From Candidatus Dormiibacterota bacterium (GTDB lineage Bacteria; Chloroflexota; Dormibacteria; Aeolococcales; Aeolococcaceae): 64,000 bases of DNA. The first letter of the stretch is position 1, and each line of letters starts with the position of its first letter. The DNA is taken from positions 256,001 to 320,000 of the forward strand of contig CAVPXI010000014.1 in the NCBI GenBank assembly GCA_963709585.1. Reading direction: 5' to 3'. The notes below the pieces were generated by a model. The model had not been told where the DNA came from. It ran no database searches and saw only the letters and a list, made by a program, of their open reading frames with translations. Shown piece by piece: positions 29,146 to 40,627 of the stretch. Position numbers and translations under genes: made by a program.

Positions 29146-31087
29146 CGCGCGATGAACACCCACACGACCACGAGCACGACGGCGAACACGGTGAAGATCG
29201 ATGCGTAATCGCGGATCAACCCGGTCTGCACGAGGCGCAGGTCGAGGCTGAATCCGCGCAGCAGCTCCCCGATGCCCTGGACCCAACTGTCCATGACGTC
29301 GGGCTCCACCACGCGTCTCGCCGTGCGCGCGACGGTTTTGATCGGTTGCACCAGCGCGCGATCGTAGATCTCGTCGAAGTAGAACTTGTTGTACGAGAGG
29401 AGCGGGATCACCCGGGGCAGCCTCGCGAGAACGAACTGCGGATCGGGACGGTGCTCATACCAGAGGCGCATCGCCAAGCCGATGCCGATTAGGCTCGCCG
29501 CCGTCCCGATGACCAGACCTACGAGCGCGAGGCCGAAGGAGGGGTCGTGGAGCAATGGAGATTGCGACCCCGCGAACACCGGGCTCAGGAAGTCGCTGAA
29601 CAGATGGAGCGTGTTGGGGAGCGGAAACTGAAGCGGCCACGCGACGACGATGGCGAGCGCACCGAGGATGACCACGGGGATGAGCATCGGGTACCCCGCC
29701 TCCTTGACGGCGAAGCCGCGCGCGGTCTGGGGCTCGCCCTGAAACACCGTGAAGTACAGACGGAACGCGTAGAGACCGGTGAGCACGTTGACGCCAACTC
29801 CGACCGCGTAGAGGATCCACGGGCCGGCCCCGGACCGGACAGCGTGCCGAACCCGAGCAGGTCCTCCTTGCTGAACCAGCCCGAGAAGAAGAAGCCGGCG
29901 AGCGCGAGTGATCCCGCCCCAAAAGCCAGGTGTGTCCAGCGCATTCGGGCGTGGAGACCGCCCATGAGGCGGATGTCCTGCTCGTCGTTGAGGGCGTGGA
30001 TCACGTTGCCCGCCGCCATGAAGAGCAGCGCCTTGAAGACGGCGTGCATCGCGAAGTGGAACAGCCCCGCGGAATATGCGCCGATGCCGACCGCGTAGAT
30101 CATCAGGCCGATCTGCGACATGGTCGAGTAGGCGATCACGCGTTTGATGTCGATCTGCGAGAGCGCGATGATGCCCGCCATCACGGCGGTCCCCATGCCG
30201 ACGCAGGCCACCATGCCCTCGGCGACGGGCGCGAGGTTGAACAGCACGTGGAAGCGGGCGATGAGGTAGACGCCGGCGGTGACCATGGTCGCCGCGTGGA
30301 TGAGCGCAGAGACCGGCGTCGGGCCCTCCATCGCGTCCGGCAGCCAGGTGTGCAGCGGGAACTGCGCGCTCTTGGCGAATGCCCCGATCGCCAGCAGCGC
30401 GCAGATGCCGGTGATCAGCGCGCCCCCTGCTGGGAACGCCTGGGTGCGCGCAAAGATGTTCGGCAGGCTCAGGGTGTGGGTGTTGAGCACGATGAGGAAG
30501 GCCGCGATCACGAGCGCGACGTCACCGATCACCTGGGTGATGAACGCCTTGCGAGCCGCCAGCACCGCGCTGGGCCGGTCGTGCCAGAACCCGATGAGCA
30601 GATAGCTGCTCAAGGCGACGAGTGCCCACCCGATGATGAGGATCACCAGGTCCGCAGCGAGCACGAGCATCAACATCGAGAAGATGAAGAAGTTCATGTA
30701 GCTGAAGAAGCGGGCGAACCCGGGGTCGTGCTCCATATAGCCGACGCTGTAGACGTGGATCAGGAAGCCGACGCCGGTGATGACCATGAGCATCAGCGCG
30801 CTCAACGCATCGAGCGTGAAGTCCATCCCGACCGAGAGATTGGTGCCGCCGCCGAGGTTGATCCAGTCCCAGAGACGCACGCTGATGGCGCCGTGCCCCG
30901 CCGGTGCGCCGATGACGCTGGCGAGCACGAGACACGCGACCACGAAGGACGCGAAGATCGAGACGGTCCCAGCCATGTTGACGAAGCGCCGGCCGAGCAC
31001 CGGACCGAGGAACCCGTTGAGCGCCGCGCCGATCAGCGGAAAGAGCAACACCAGGACGACGAGCGTCGACGAGGTGCTGACGTTCAC
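29142..31087 (-). CDS. nuoL: NADH-quinone oxidoreductase subunit L, frameshifted near 29830
   Basis: [35 protein letters not shown]. The C-terminal part (LTGLYAFR...KFYFDEIY...VQTGLIRDY) is in another frame; the break lies in a G run. Confidence 0.95.
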
Positions 31088-31395
31088 TCTTTCATCTCGC
31101 TCAGGTCGTCGACATCGAGCTCGCGGCCGAGCCGGAAGATCTGCGTGATCAGCGCCAATCCCACCACGACCTCCGCGGCGGCGACGACGATCACCATGAA
31201 GGCAAAGATCTGACCTTCCTCGCTGTTGAGGAAGCGGCCGTAGGCAACCAGCGCCACGTTGGCGGCGTTGAGCATGAGCTCGATACACATGAACACGACG
31301 ATCGGGTTGCGCCGGATGAGCACGCCCATGGCGCCGACCGTGAACAGGAACGCGGCGAGTCCGAGCAGGAACGGAAACAGATTCGGATTCAACAT
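31084..31395 (-). CDS. nuoK: NADH-quinone oxidoreductase subunit K
   Basis: [28 protein letters not shown]. Confidence 0.96.
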   Translation of the reverse strand: MLNPNLFPFLLGLAAFLFTVGAMGVLIRRNPIVVFMCIELMLNAANVALVAYGRFLNSEEGQIFAFMVIVVAAAEVVVGLALITQIFRLGRELDVDDLSEMKE

Positions 31396-31408
31396 CCGCC
31401 GTGCTCCG

Positions 31409-31960
31409 TCACTGGCTCGAGCGCCTGGTCAGGTAGACAGCGCCGATGGCTGCGACCAGCAGGAGCATCGAGGTGATCTCGAATGGCAGGAGGTAGTTGG
31501 TGAACAGCTGTCCCGCGACCGTCTGCACGTTGCCCGCGTTGTTGACGGCGTCCTGCGGGAAGTTGAAGGTGTGGTACGGGTTGCTGGCGCTGCCGACGGT
31601 CGTGGCGTGGAATCCGTTGGTGTTGTATGTGATCCCGTTGCGGGCGGCGACGAAGACCAGTCCCGTCACCAGGATGACCCCGAGGATGCCGATGACGGCG
31701 CGCACATCGAGTGTCGGACGGTCCTCCGCGTCCGGGCTCAGCAGCGCGACGATGAAGACGAACAGCACCATCACCGCGCCGGCGTAGATGATGAGCTGCA
31801 CCGCGAAGAGGAACTGCGCGTTGAGCAGCAGGAACAGGACCCCGAGCATCGACACGGTGAGCACGAGGCTCAGCGCCGAGTAGATCGTCTGGCGGGAGAG
31901 CACGACGCCGAGCGAGCTGACCGCGGCGAGCGCGATCACCACCGCGAAAAGGACCGTCAT
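31409..31960 (-). CDS. nuoJ: NADH-quinone oxidoreductase subunit J
   Basis: [24 protein letters not shown]. Confidence 0.95.
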   Translation of the reverse strand: MTVLFAVVIALAAVSSLGVVLSRQTIYSALSLVLTVSMLGVLFLLLNAQFLFAVQLIIYAGAVMVLFVFIVALLSPDAEDRPTLDVRAVIGILGVILVTGLVFVAARNGITYNTNGFHATTVGSASNPYHTFNFPQDAVNNAGNVQTVAGQLFTNYLLPFEITSMLLLVAAIGAVYLTRRSSQ

Positions 31961-32589
31961 CTCGTCTTCCCGGCTCCCGGCTCGATGACGGTCGGCACGT
32001 CGACCGGCACGCCGAGCGCACCCGGGGGCGGTGCGCTCTCGTGGTCGAGGGTGTTCTCCTGAGCGGCCCACGCCGCGCGCGGCCGCACCCCGGGGTCGAG
32101 GACTTCGCGTCCGGTCTGATCGGCGCCCGCGCCCACCGGGCTCGCCGGGCCCTGCGCCTGCGCGAAGCCGGGCCACAACTCGAGCAGCTCGGCTTTGGTG
32201 ACAACGGTTCGCTCGCGGCGGTAATCGGCGAGCTCGAAACGCGGTCCGAGCGTGATCGCCTCGGTCGGGCATGCCTCGGCGCAGTAGCCGCAGTAGATGC
32301 AGCGCATGAGGTTGATCTCGTAGCGCTCGGCGTACCGCTCGCCGGGTGAGATCGGCGCTTTCGGGTCGTTCTCGGCGGCGAGCACGTAGATGCACCCCAC
32401 CGGACAGGCGGCGGCGCACAGCTCGCAGCCGATGCAGCGCTCGAGCCCGTTGTCGTACCGGTGGAGGATGTGCCGGCCGCGGTGTCGCGGCGATACCGGC
32501 TTCTGCTCCTCGGGCCATTGAACCGTGATCGGGTGCGTCCCCATCTTCTTCAGCGTGAACGCGAGCCCCTTGGCTATCTCCTTGATCAT
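31957..32589 (-). CDS. nuoI: NADH-quinone oxidoreductase subunit I
   Basis: CIGCELCAAACP and CIYCGYCAEACP. Confidence 0.96.
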   Translation of the reverse strand: MIKEIAKGLAFTLKKMGTHPITVQWPEEQKPVSPRHRGRHILHRYDNGLERCIGCELCAAACPVGCIYVLAAENDPKAPISPGERYAERYEINLMRCIYCGYCAEACPTEAITLGPRFELADYRRERTVVTKAELLELWPGFAQAQGPASPVGAGADQTGREVLDPGVRPRAAWAAQENTLDHESAPPPGALGVPVDVPTVIEPGAGKTR

Positions 32590-32608
32590 CGCTGCACCCT
32601 CGCCACGG

Positions 32609-33619
32609 CTATGCCCGGAGCGCGACGACCGCGCCGGTGACGACGATGTTGATCAGCCCGAGCGGCAGCAGCACCTTCCACCCGAAGTTCATGAGCCGGT
32701 CGTAGCGGAGCCGCGGCAGCGTCCAGCGCACCCAGATCATCACGAAGAGGAGCACGAACACCTTGCCGAGGAACCAGATCGGGCCCGGGATCCAGTCGAA
32801 GGGATGGAAGGGCAGGAGCGGCAGCCAGCCGCCGAGGAATAGCGCCGTGGCGATCGAACAGACGGTCACCATGTTGATGTACTCGCCGAGGAAGTAGAGA
32901 CCGAATCGCATCGCCGAGTACTCAGTGTGGTACCCCGCGATGAGCTCCGTCTCCGCCTCGGGTAGGTCGAACGGCAAGCGGTTGGTCTCGGCGAACGCGG
33001 CGGTGAAATACAGGATGAACGCGAGCGGCTGGAGGACGATGAACCAGAGTCCCGACTGCGAGCCCACGATCTTCTCGAGGTCGAGCGAACCGGAGAGGAT
33101 GACGACACCGATGAGCGCGAACGAGACCGCCATCTCGTAGGAGATGAGCTGCGCCGACGAGCGCAGGCCGCCGAGCAGCGAGTACTTGCTGTTGGAGGCG
33201 AATCCACCGAGGAACAGCGAGTACACGCCGAGCGACGTGATCCCGAGGATGAAGAGCAGCCCGACGTTGATGTGGGCGATGTCCCAATGGAAGACGTGTC
33301 CAAACCAGCTGTTGGTGCCCCACGGAATCACCGCGTAGGCGAGCAGCGCAGCGCCGCCCGCGAGGCTCGGTCCGACCAGGTAGAGGACCTTGTCGCGCTG
33401 GGCGGGAGCGACGTTCTCCTTGAAGAACAGCTTCAAGCCGTCGGCGGCGGGCTGGAGCATCCCGAAGGGACCGACCCGGTTGGGACCGTAGCGAAGCTGA
33501 ATGCGCGCCGAGATCTTGCGCTCGGCCAGCGTCAGATACGCGAATGCGGTCAGCAGGAAGACGACCAGGACGCCGCTCTTGATGAGCAGGACCCACCAGA
33601 GATCGTCGGGCCCGATCAC
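32609..33619 (-). CDS. nuoH: NADH-quinone oxidoreductase subunit H
   Basis: ERK, GPNRVGPFG, ETNRLPFDLPEAETEL, LPRLRYD. Confidence 0.97.
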   Translation of the reverse strand: MIGPDDLWWVLLIKSGVLVVFLLTAFAYLTLAERKISARIQLRYGPNRVGPFGMLQPAADGLKLFFKENVAPAQRDKVLYLVGPSLAGGAALLAYAVIPWGTNSWFGHVFHWDIAHINVGLLFILGITSLGVYSLFLGGFASNSKYSLLGGLRSSAQLISYEMAVSFALIGVVILSGSLDLEKIVGSQSGLWFIVLQPLAFILYFTAAFAETNRLPFDLPEAETELIAGYHTEYSAMRFGLYFLGEYINMVTVCSIATALFLGGWLPLLPFHPFDWIPGPIWFLGKVFVLLFVMIWVRWTLPRLRYDRLMNFGWKVLLPLGLINIVVTGAVVALRA

Positions 33620-35559
33620 GCGACTGCCTCGGCGGTGAAGAGCGCCCGTCCGCCGTTGCCCGCGCGCCCGTACGCGGGAAACTCCTCGCGCATCAGCCGG
33701 TTGACCGCAAGCGGATCACCCGATCCCCACCCGACGGCTCCCATCTCCCCGGCGAGGGTGGTCAGGACACGCGTCTCCACCGGGCTTGCGGTCGCCGGCG
33801 GCAGGCCGGCGCGGATCCGTTGCACCCGCCCTTCGAGATTGGTGACGCTCCCCGCCTTCTCGAAGATCGCGTGGCCGGGAAAGAGCACGGTGGCGTAGCG
33901 AGAGACGACACCCGGACGCGTGTCGAACGCCACCACGCAGGCGGCCTTGCGCACGGCGCGCTCGAGCAGCTCGCCGGCGGCTTCGAGTGCCGGGTTGGGT
34001 CCGAGGACGAGCAGACCGTGCATCTCCCCCGCGGCGAGACCCTCGAGGATCTGGCGGCCGTTCTTGCCCGGTTCCGCGATCGACGCATACGCCGGGCCGA
34101 CATTGGGGAGCAATCCGAGGTCCTTGGCGCCCCGCCCGTTCATGCCGCGCGTGATCGTGAGGCGGCGCACCGAACCGATCGCGGCGAGCGCGGTTGCCAG
34201 TTCGGCGGCATGCACGCGATTGGTCTCGTCGGCGATGAGACCGATCCGGGACGAGCCGGAGGCGGCGGCGACCGCGTCGGCTACCGCGACGTCGCTGCTC
34301 AGGCGGATCACGCGCGCACCCTTCTTTCGCTCGGCCTTGTACAGGCGAAGCGTGAGCACCGGTGCCTGCTCTTCCGGCTCGGTGCCGAGCACCACCAGCG
34401 CATCGCAATCCTCGATCTCGGCGATCGCGAGCCCGTGCTCGGCGGCCGAGAGCCCGTCGAACGGCTGGAGTTGATGGTCGACGTGCGGGGTGCCGATCAC
34501 CTGGCGGGCGATCCGCTCGAGCAGGAACAGCTCCTCGTTGGTGCTGGCGCTCGAGCCGAGCACCCCGATCGATGCGGGGCCGTACTCGTCAGCGATCTCG
34601 CGCAGCCGCCGCGCGGCCTGGGTGATCGCCTCGGGAACCGAGACGTCGCGCAACTCGTCGTCGCTGCGAACCACCGGACGGCGGACCCGGTCCGAGCTGT
34701 TCCAGCGATCGAAGCTGTAGCGACCGCGATCACAGAGCCACATGTCATCGACCATCGGGTTGTCGCGCGATGCGAAGCGGCGCACCTCGAAATCACGACT
34801 GTCAACGTTGATGTTGCATCCGTACGAGCATTCGGGACAGATGCTCGCGGTCCGCTGCAGGTCCCAGGGACGCGAGACAAAGCGGTACTTCCGGTGCGTG
34901 AGCGCGCCCACGGGACAGACCTCCGGAAGGTTGCCCTGAAACTTCGACTCCAGCTGCCGGTCGTCGAAGGTCGCGACCAGCGTGTCAACGCCGCGCTGCT
35001 GGAGGACGATCTCCTTCTCACCGGTGATCTCGTCGTAGTAGCGAACGCAGCGCCAGCACAGGATGCATCGCTCCTGGTCGAGTTCGATGTGCTCGGAGAG
35101 CGGCACGGCCTTCTTGAAGTGGACCTTCTCGGTGATCGGAAAACGCGAGATGCCCGGGCCGTAGCGGAAGGTGAAGTCCTGGAGGTCACACTCCCCGCCC
35201 CGGTCACACACCGGGCAATCGAGCGGGTGGTTGAGGAGGAGGAACTCGAGCATCCCCTCGCGGAGCTTGGTCACCTCAGGAAGGTCGGTACGCACGACCA
35301 TGCCGTCGCCGGCAACCGTCGCACATGCCGGCTGGGGCTTCGGAAACTTCTCGATGTTGACGAGGCACATCCGGCACACCGCGACCGGGTCCATCTTGGG
35401 GTGGGCACAGTAGATCGGGATGTGGATACCGGCCTCGGTGGCCGCGTCGAGCACCAGCGTTCCCTTGGGAACACGGAGCTGCCGTCCGTCGATGCTGATG
35501 CCGACGCGGCCGTCGTCCGGCTGCTCGGGCGGCGTTCCCGTCTCCGCCACCGCGGTCAC
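33616..35559 (-). CDS. nuoG: NADH-quinone oxidoreductase subunit G
   Basis: CRMCLV, HPLDCPVCDRGGECDLQ, CILCWRC, CPVGAL and an N7-type CPECSYGC...LCDRGR. Confidence 0.95.
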   Translation of the reverse strand: MTAVAETGTPPEQPDDGRVGISIDGRQLRVPKGTLVLDAATEAGIHIPIYCAHPKMDPVAVCRMCLVNIEKFPKPQPACATVAGDGMVVRTDLPEVTKLREGMLEFLLLNHPLDCPVCDRGGECDLQDFTFRYGPGISRFPITEKVHFKKAVPLSEHIELDQERCILCWRCVRYYDEITGEKEIVLQQRGVDTLVATFDDRQLESKFQGNLPEVCPVGALTHRKYRFVSRPWDLQRTASICPECSYGCNINVDSRDFEVRRFASRDNPMVDDMWLCDRGRYSFDRWNSSDRVRRPVVRSDDELRDVSVPEAITQAARRLREIADEYGPASIGVLGSSASTNEELFLLERIARQVIGTPHVDHQLQPFDGLSAAEHGLAIAEIEDCDALVVLGTEPEEQAPVLTLRLYKAERKKGARVIRLSSDVAVADAVAAASGSSRIGLIADETNRVHAAELATALAAIGSVRRLTITRGMNGRGAKDLGLLPNVGPAYASIAEPGKNGRQILEGLAAGEMHGLLVLGPNPALEAAGELLERAVRKAACVVAFDTRPGVVSRYATVLFPGHAIFEKAGSVTNLEGRVQRIRAGLPPATASPVETRVLTTLAGEMGAVGWGSGDPLAVNRLMREEFPAYGRAGNGGRALFTAEAVA

Positions 35560-36846
35560 GCCACCAGAGCCGTGGCCTGCGCCCTCACCGGGCAGCGTCC
35601 GGCACCACAGTGCGCTTCGAACTCGTCGCGGAAGTACTTGTATGCCGACATCACGAACCAGGTGGCGGTGTCACCGAGCGGACAGAAGCAGCGGCCGTCC
35701 ATGTTCGAGCAGATGTCCGCAAGGCTGGCGAGCTCCGCCCGTGTCGCCTGACCGGATTCGAGCCGGTGCATCAGCTCGGATTCGAAATAGGTCCCCTCCC
35801 GGCAGGGCACGCATTTGCCGCACGAACTCGTGGCGATAGAAGTCGACCAGTCGCATCGACACGTCGACGAGGCAGGTGCTTTCGTCCATGAAGATCATCG
35901 CGCCCGCGCCAAGCGACGACCCCGCCTCCTGGACGGCGTTCATGTCGAGGGGCAGATCGACGTGCTCGGGGAGGAGCACCTGCATGGATCCTCCACCCGG
36001 CTGGAACGCCTTGAGCGTCCGGCCGTGCCACATGCCGCCGCATTCTTCGTCGAGGAGCTGGCGGATCGGCGTGCCGAGCAGCATCTCGTAGTTTCCCGGG
36101 CGATTGATGTGGCCACTGCAGCAGAACACCCTGGTCCCCGCGCTCTTCTCGGTGCCGAGTGACTTGAACCAGTCGCCACCGCGCTGCACGATGTGGGGCA
36201 TGTTGCACAACGTCTCGACGTTGTTCACCACGGTCGGCTGCCCGTAGAGGCCCTTGATCGCGGGGAACGGTGGTTTGAGCCGCGGCTGGCCTCGAAGACC
36301 CTCCAGCGATTCGATCAGCGCCGTCTCCTCGCCGCAGATGTAGGCACCCGCGCCGCCGTGCACGATGACGTCGCAATCGAAACCGCTGCCGAGGATGTTC
36401 CTGCCGATGTACCCCGCCGCGCGCGCCTCCTCGACGGCCCGCTCGAGGAGGAGTCGCTGGTCGTAGTACTCACCCCTGATGTAGATGAACGATATGTTCA
36501 CCTGGAGTGCGTACGACGCGATCAACAATCCCTCGATGAGTTGATGCGGGCTCTCGTCGATGAGGTACCGGTCCTTGAAGCACCCCGGCTCCAACTCGTC
36601 GGCGTTGCAGCAGAGGTAGCGCGGAAACACGTCCTTCGGCAGGAAGGACCACTTCATCCCGGTCGGGAATCCCGCCCCTCCCCGACCGCGGATATTGCTC
36701 GTCTTCACCTCGGCAACCAGCGCCTCGGGCGTGAACTTCTTGAACGCATCACGAAGCGCCTGATATCCGCCAACCCCCTCGTACCCCTTGAGCGTCTGAA
36801 GCGCCTCCGCGCCGAAATCCTTGGTGAGCAGCTTGTACTCAGCCAT
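35556..36846 (-). CDS. nuoF: NADH-quinone oxidoreductase subunit F, frameshifted near 35826
   Basis: GRGGAGFPTG, GAYICGEETAL, NNVET. HES-CGKCVPCREG is restored by removing one base at 35824-35829. Confidence 0.95.
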
Positions 36847-36893
36847 CGGCGCTCGCATGGTCCAGTGCGGATCTACCCATTGGCCGCTGCATC

Positions 36894-37631
36894 CTACTGA
36901 CCAGCCTTACCGCGACGCTGCGTGCGCTTCCTGACGTCCGGGGGTGTCGCTTCCGTGCTCGTCGCTTCAGGCGCCCCAGCGGGAGGCTCGGTGGTCGCGG
37001 GTCCTGTCGTCGCGGGGCCCCTCGCCGCCGCGCGGCCGGGTCTCCTTTCGGAGTCGGCTTTGCTGGAGGGTGACGCATCCTCGGAGCCCGGCCGCGCGGC
37101 GGCGCTGCCCCCCGCGACGCCACCCGCCTTCACCGCTTGCTCCTCGTGGGGCGCCGGCGCCTCTCTCAGGGCTCCGAGGATCTGGTCCACCCGGTCCGGG
37201 GTCAGGTTCTCGGCGAAGTGGTGGTCGACTTGCATGGTTGGGGCGCCGCCGCATCCGCCGAGGCACTCGACGGTGCTCGACCAGGTGAATGCGCCGTCGG
37301 CGGTGGTCTCGCCGGACGGGCAGCCGAGGGTGCGTTCGAGGTGGTCGACGATGCCCTCGGCGCCGCGGAGGGCGCAGGAGACGTTGATGCAGACGATGAC
37401 TTCGTGGCGACCGTGCGGGTGCTGGAAGTACATCGAGTAGAAGGTCGAGACCCCCTCGACTTCGCTGGGGGCGACCTGCAGGATGCCGGCGATCTCGGTC
37501 ATCGCGTCCGGCGTGATCAGCCCGCGCTCGTGCTGCACCGCCCACAGCGCTGGGAGGATCGCGCTGCGCGCAAGTGGGTAGCGATCGCGGGCATGCTCGA
37601 TGGCGGTCCGCGTCTCCGCCTGCAGGGTCAC
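36894..37631 (-). CDS. nuoE: NADH-quinone oxidoreductase subunit E with a low-complexity C-terminal tail
   Basis: VSTFYSMY, CINVSC, ECLGGC, ENLTP. Confidence 0.95.
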   Translation of the reverse strand: MTLQAETRTAIEHARDRYPLARSAILPALWAVQHERGLITPDAMTEIAGILQVAPSEVEGVSTFYSMYFQHPHGRHEVIVCINVSCALRGAEGIVDHLERTLGCPSGETTADGAFTWSSTVECLGGCGGAPTMQVDHHFAENLTPDRVDQILGALREAPAPHEEQAVKAGGVAGGSAAARPGSEDASPSSKADSERRPGRAAARGPATTGPATTEPPAGAPEATSTEATPPDVRKRTQRRGKAGQ

Positions 37632-37668
37632 GCGCGGGGCCCGCGAAATCGCCGTGGCCTGGCGTAGG

Positions 37669-38961
37669 TCATCGGTCGACGTCCCCGAGCACGATGTCGA
37701 TCGAGCCGATCACGGCCACCACGTCGGCGATCAGCTCGCCCCTGACCATGTGGGGGAGCGCACTGAGATTGCTGAACGATGGGGCGCGAACCTTGCATCG
37801 GTACGGCCGGTTGGTCCCGTCGCTCACCAGGTAGAAGCCCAGCTCGCCTCGTGGCGATTCGATCGCCTGGTAGACCTGACCGGCGGGGACGCGCATCCCC
37901 TCGGTCACGAGCTTGAAGTGATGGATGAGCAACTCCATGCTGGTGTTGAGCTCATTGCGTGGCGGAAGCGCGACCCGCCGGTCGGTGGTGTTCACGGGAC
38001 CGTCGGGAAGGTTCTCGAATGCCTGGGTGATGATCTTCAAGGACTCGCGCATCTCCTGCATGCGCACGAGATAGCGGTCGTAGACATCCCCGGTGCGGCC
38101 GATCGGAACGTCGAAATCGAAGTGGTCGTAAGAGCTGTACGGCTGTGCCTTGCGCAGGTCGTAGGCCACGCCACTGCCGCGGAGCACGGGACCGGTGGCG
38201 CCGTACGCCATCGCGTCCTCGGGGCTCAGCCGCCCCAGGCCCACGGTCCGCTGGCGCCAGATCGGGTTCTTGGTGATCAGCAGCTCGTGTTCGTCGATGA
38301 GCTTGGGAAACGTCTTGATGACCGCCCCGACCATCTCGTAGAAGGGATCGGGGACGTCCGCGAGCAGACCGCCGACCCGGATGAACGACGTGTGCATGCG
38401 CACGCCGCTGACCAGCTCGTTGATGTCGAGGAGCTTTTCTCGATCGCGCCATGCGTACACGAAAGCCGTGGTGGCTCCGAGGTCGAGCGCGCTGGTGCCG
38501 TACCAGAGGAGATGGCTGGCGAGTCGGCAGAGCTCGCACATGATCACGCGCAGGTACTGCCCGCGCAGCGGCACCTCGATGCCGAGCAGACGCTCGACTG
38601 CCAACGAGAAGCCGAGATTGTTGAAGAGGGGCGACAGGTAGTCCATCCGGTCCGTGTACGGGATGCACTGCTGATAGGTGTGGCGCTCGAAGTCCTTCTC
38701 GAACCCGGTATGGAGGTAACCGATGTCGGGACGGCACTCGCGCACCACCTCGCCGTCGAGGTTGAGCACCAAGCGAAGCACCCCGTGCGTCGAGGGGTGC
38801 ATCGGCCCCATGTTCAATTCCATGGTGCTGTCGCCGATCTCGACGAGATCGATCGCATCGAGGCCGGGTTCGATGCCGAGCCGCTCGCGGCCGGCTTCGT
38901 ACTGCTCGCTGAGCGGGTCGAGCGGCGCCGTCGGTGTCCCCCGAGGCGGCAGCGCGGTCAT
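37669..38961 (-). CDS. nuoD: NADH-quinone oxidoreductase subunit D
   Basis: NMGPMHPSTHGVLRL, DRMDY, ESPRGE, GDVDR. Confidence 0.97.
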   Translation of the reverse strand: MTALPPRGTPTAPLDPLSEQYEAGRERLGIEPGLDAIDLVEIGDSTMELNMGPMHPSTHGVLRLVLNLDGEVVRECRPDIGYLHTGFEKDFERHTYQQCIPYTDRMDYLSPLFNNLGFSLAVERLLGIEVPLRGQYLRVIMCELCRLASHLLWYGTSALDLGATTAFVYAWRDREKLLDINELVSGVRMHTSFIRVGGLLADVPDPFYEMVGAVIKTFPKLIDEHELLITKNPIWRQRTVGLGRLSPEDAMAYGATGPVLRGSGVAYDLRKAQPYSSYDHFDFDVPIGRTGDVYDRYLVRMQEMRESLKIITQAFENLPDGPVNTTDRRVALPPRNELNTSMELLIHHFKLVTEGMRVPAGQVYQAIESPRGELGFYLVSDGTNRPYRCKVRAPSFSNLSALPHMVRGELIADVVAVIGSIDIVLGDVDR

Positions 38962-39524
38962 CGCGACCCTCCGGGCATGTCCCGCGGCCGCTCCTGCGCA
39001 GGCAGGGCCCACTCGAGGTTGTGCGTGAACGCGATCGGCTCGCCGAAGGATGCGTAGTCCTTGCGGAGTGGGTGACCGTCCCAGTCGGTGGGCAGCAGGA
39101 TCCGCTTCAGGTCGTGATGGCCGATGAACGTGATGCCGAGGAGGTCGAAGCACTCGCGCTCGTGCCAGTCCATGCCGGCGAAGACGCCCTCGAGCGTCGG
39201 CACGTTGGGATCGTCCTCGGTGAGCTGCACGATCAGCCGGCAGACATCGTTGTACTGCAGTGACCGGAGCATGTAGACCATGTCAAAGCGTGGTTCGGCG
39301 GGCTCGCGATCGGGCCAGTCCACCGCGGTGACGAAGACGGGCGTCGTGTAGGCCGCGTCCGGATGGTCGCGCAGCAACGTGCAGACACCGACCAGGTCGG
39401 CACGATCGATCCAGACCGTCACCTCGCCGAATCCGGCGTCGCGACGGCGCACCGCGGTCGGAAGCTCCCGCTCGAGGAGGTCCGCTGCCCGCGCGCCGCT
39501 CATGGGCGATCCCACGGCGGTCAC
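38958..39524 (-). CDS. nuoC: NADH-quinone oxidoreductase subunit C
   Basis: WHERECFDLLGITF, GHPLRKDY. Confidence 0.96.
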   Translation of the reverse strand: MTAVGSPMSGARAADLLERELPTAVRRRDAGFGEVTVWIDRADLVGVCTLLRDHPDAAYTTPVFVTAVDWPDREPAEPRFDMVYMLRSLQYNDVCRLIVQLTEDDPNVPTLEGVFAGMDWHERECFDLLGITFIGHHDLKRILLPTDWDGHPLRKDYASFGEPIAFTHNLEWALPAQERPRDMPGGSR

Positions 39525-39528
39525 GGCA

Positions 39529-40110
39529 TTACCCGAGCAGCGAGCCGGGGAGCTCCCCGGCGATCTTCTGCTGCAGCTTCATGACCGCGTCCAGCAGCCC
39601 CTCGGGGCGGGGTGGACAGCCGGGGATGTAGACGTCGACCGGAACCACCTTGTCGACGCCCTGCACGATCGCGTAGTTGTTGAACATGCCCCCGCTGGAG
39701 GCGCACGCGCCCATGCTGATCACCCACTTGGGCTCCGGCATCTGGTCGTAGATGTGCCGAAGGACGGGCGCCATCTTCTGCGAGACCCGACCGGCGACGA
39801 TCATCAGGTCGGACTGGCGCGGTGACGCCCGGAAGACCTCACACCCGAAGCGCGACATGTCATAGCGCGCGGCGCCGGTGGCCATCATCTCGATCGCGCA
39901 GCAGGCGAGCCCGAAGAGTGCCGGCCACAGCGAGCTGTACCGACCCCACTGGATCACCTTGCCCAGCGTGGTCGTGACGAACCCGCTCTGCAGCGCGGTA
40001 CGTTCGGCTGCCCCGGTTTGGGGGAGGGCGATGGTTCCGGCGTCCGCGTCCGCAAGCAAGATGCTCCGGCCCCCGGTGCGCGGAACGATCAGCTCGTTGT
40101 TCAATCCCAT
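39529..40110 (-). CDS. nuoB: NADH-quinone oxidoreductase subunit B
   Basis: [34 protein letters not shown]. Confidence 0.97.
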   Translation of the reverse strand: MGLNNELIVPRTGGRSILLADADAGTIALPQTGAAERTALQSGFVTTTLGKVIQWGRYSSLWPALFGLACCAIEMMATGAARYDMSRFGCEVFRASPRQSDLMIVAGRVSQKMAPVLRHIYDQMPEPKWVISMGACASSGGMFNNYAIVQGVDKVVPVDVYIPGCPPRPEGLLDAVMKLQQKIAGELPGSLLG

Positions 40111-40457
40111 CGGAGCGCCCCCTTGCGCCAGACGTACAGCAATCCCACCAGCAGCGTCGCGATGAAGATTCCCATCTCGACGATGCCGAAGACCTTGAGC
40201 TCTCGGACGATCGTCGCCCACGGGAAGAGGAAGATCGATTCGACGTCGAAGATGATGAAGAGCATCGCGGTGACGTAGAAACTCACCGAGAAGCGGCGCC
40301 GTGCGCTCTCCCTCGGGACCATGCCGAACTCATAAGGAAGGTCCTTGGTCGGCGAGGGACGCTTTGGACCGAGCACCGCGTTGAGCAGCTGTGCGAAGAC
40401 AGCAAACGCCGCGCAGATGCCGAAGAAGAAGAGGATCGGCGCGTAGCCCGACAGCAT
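40101..40457 (-). CDS. nuoA: NADH-quinone oxidoreductase subunit A
   Basis: [30 protein letters not shown] lies 8 nt after TGnTACGAT. Confidence 0.96.
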   Translation of the reverse strand: MLSGYAPILFFFGICAAFAVFAQLLNAVLGPKRPSPTKDLPYEFGMVPRESARRRFSVSFYVTAMLFIIFDVESIFLFPWATIVRELKVFGIVEMGIFIATLLVGLLYVWRKGALRWD

Positions 40458-40627
40458 CGCGGCCGATCGTAACAAACGATCCGCGATTGACGAAGTCGCC
40501 TTCGCCCCGCTCGCACGGCGTTCGGCGACCCCGGCGCGACCATCGAGGCGAGGCGCGTCGATCGTCTCGAACACCCCCGCGACGAGATCCCATGGGTCCC
40601 TGGGGCGACTTTAGTAGGCTTCGGCTC

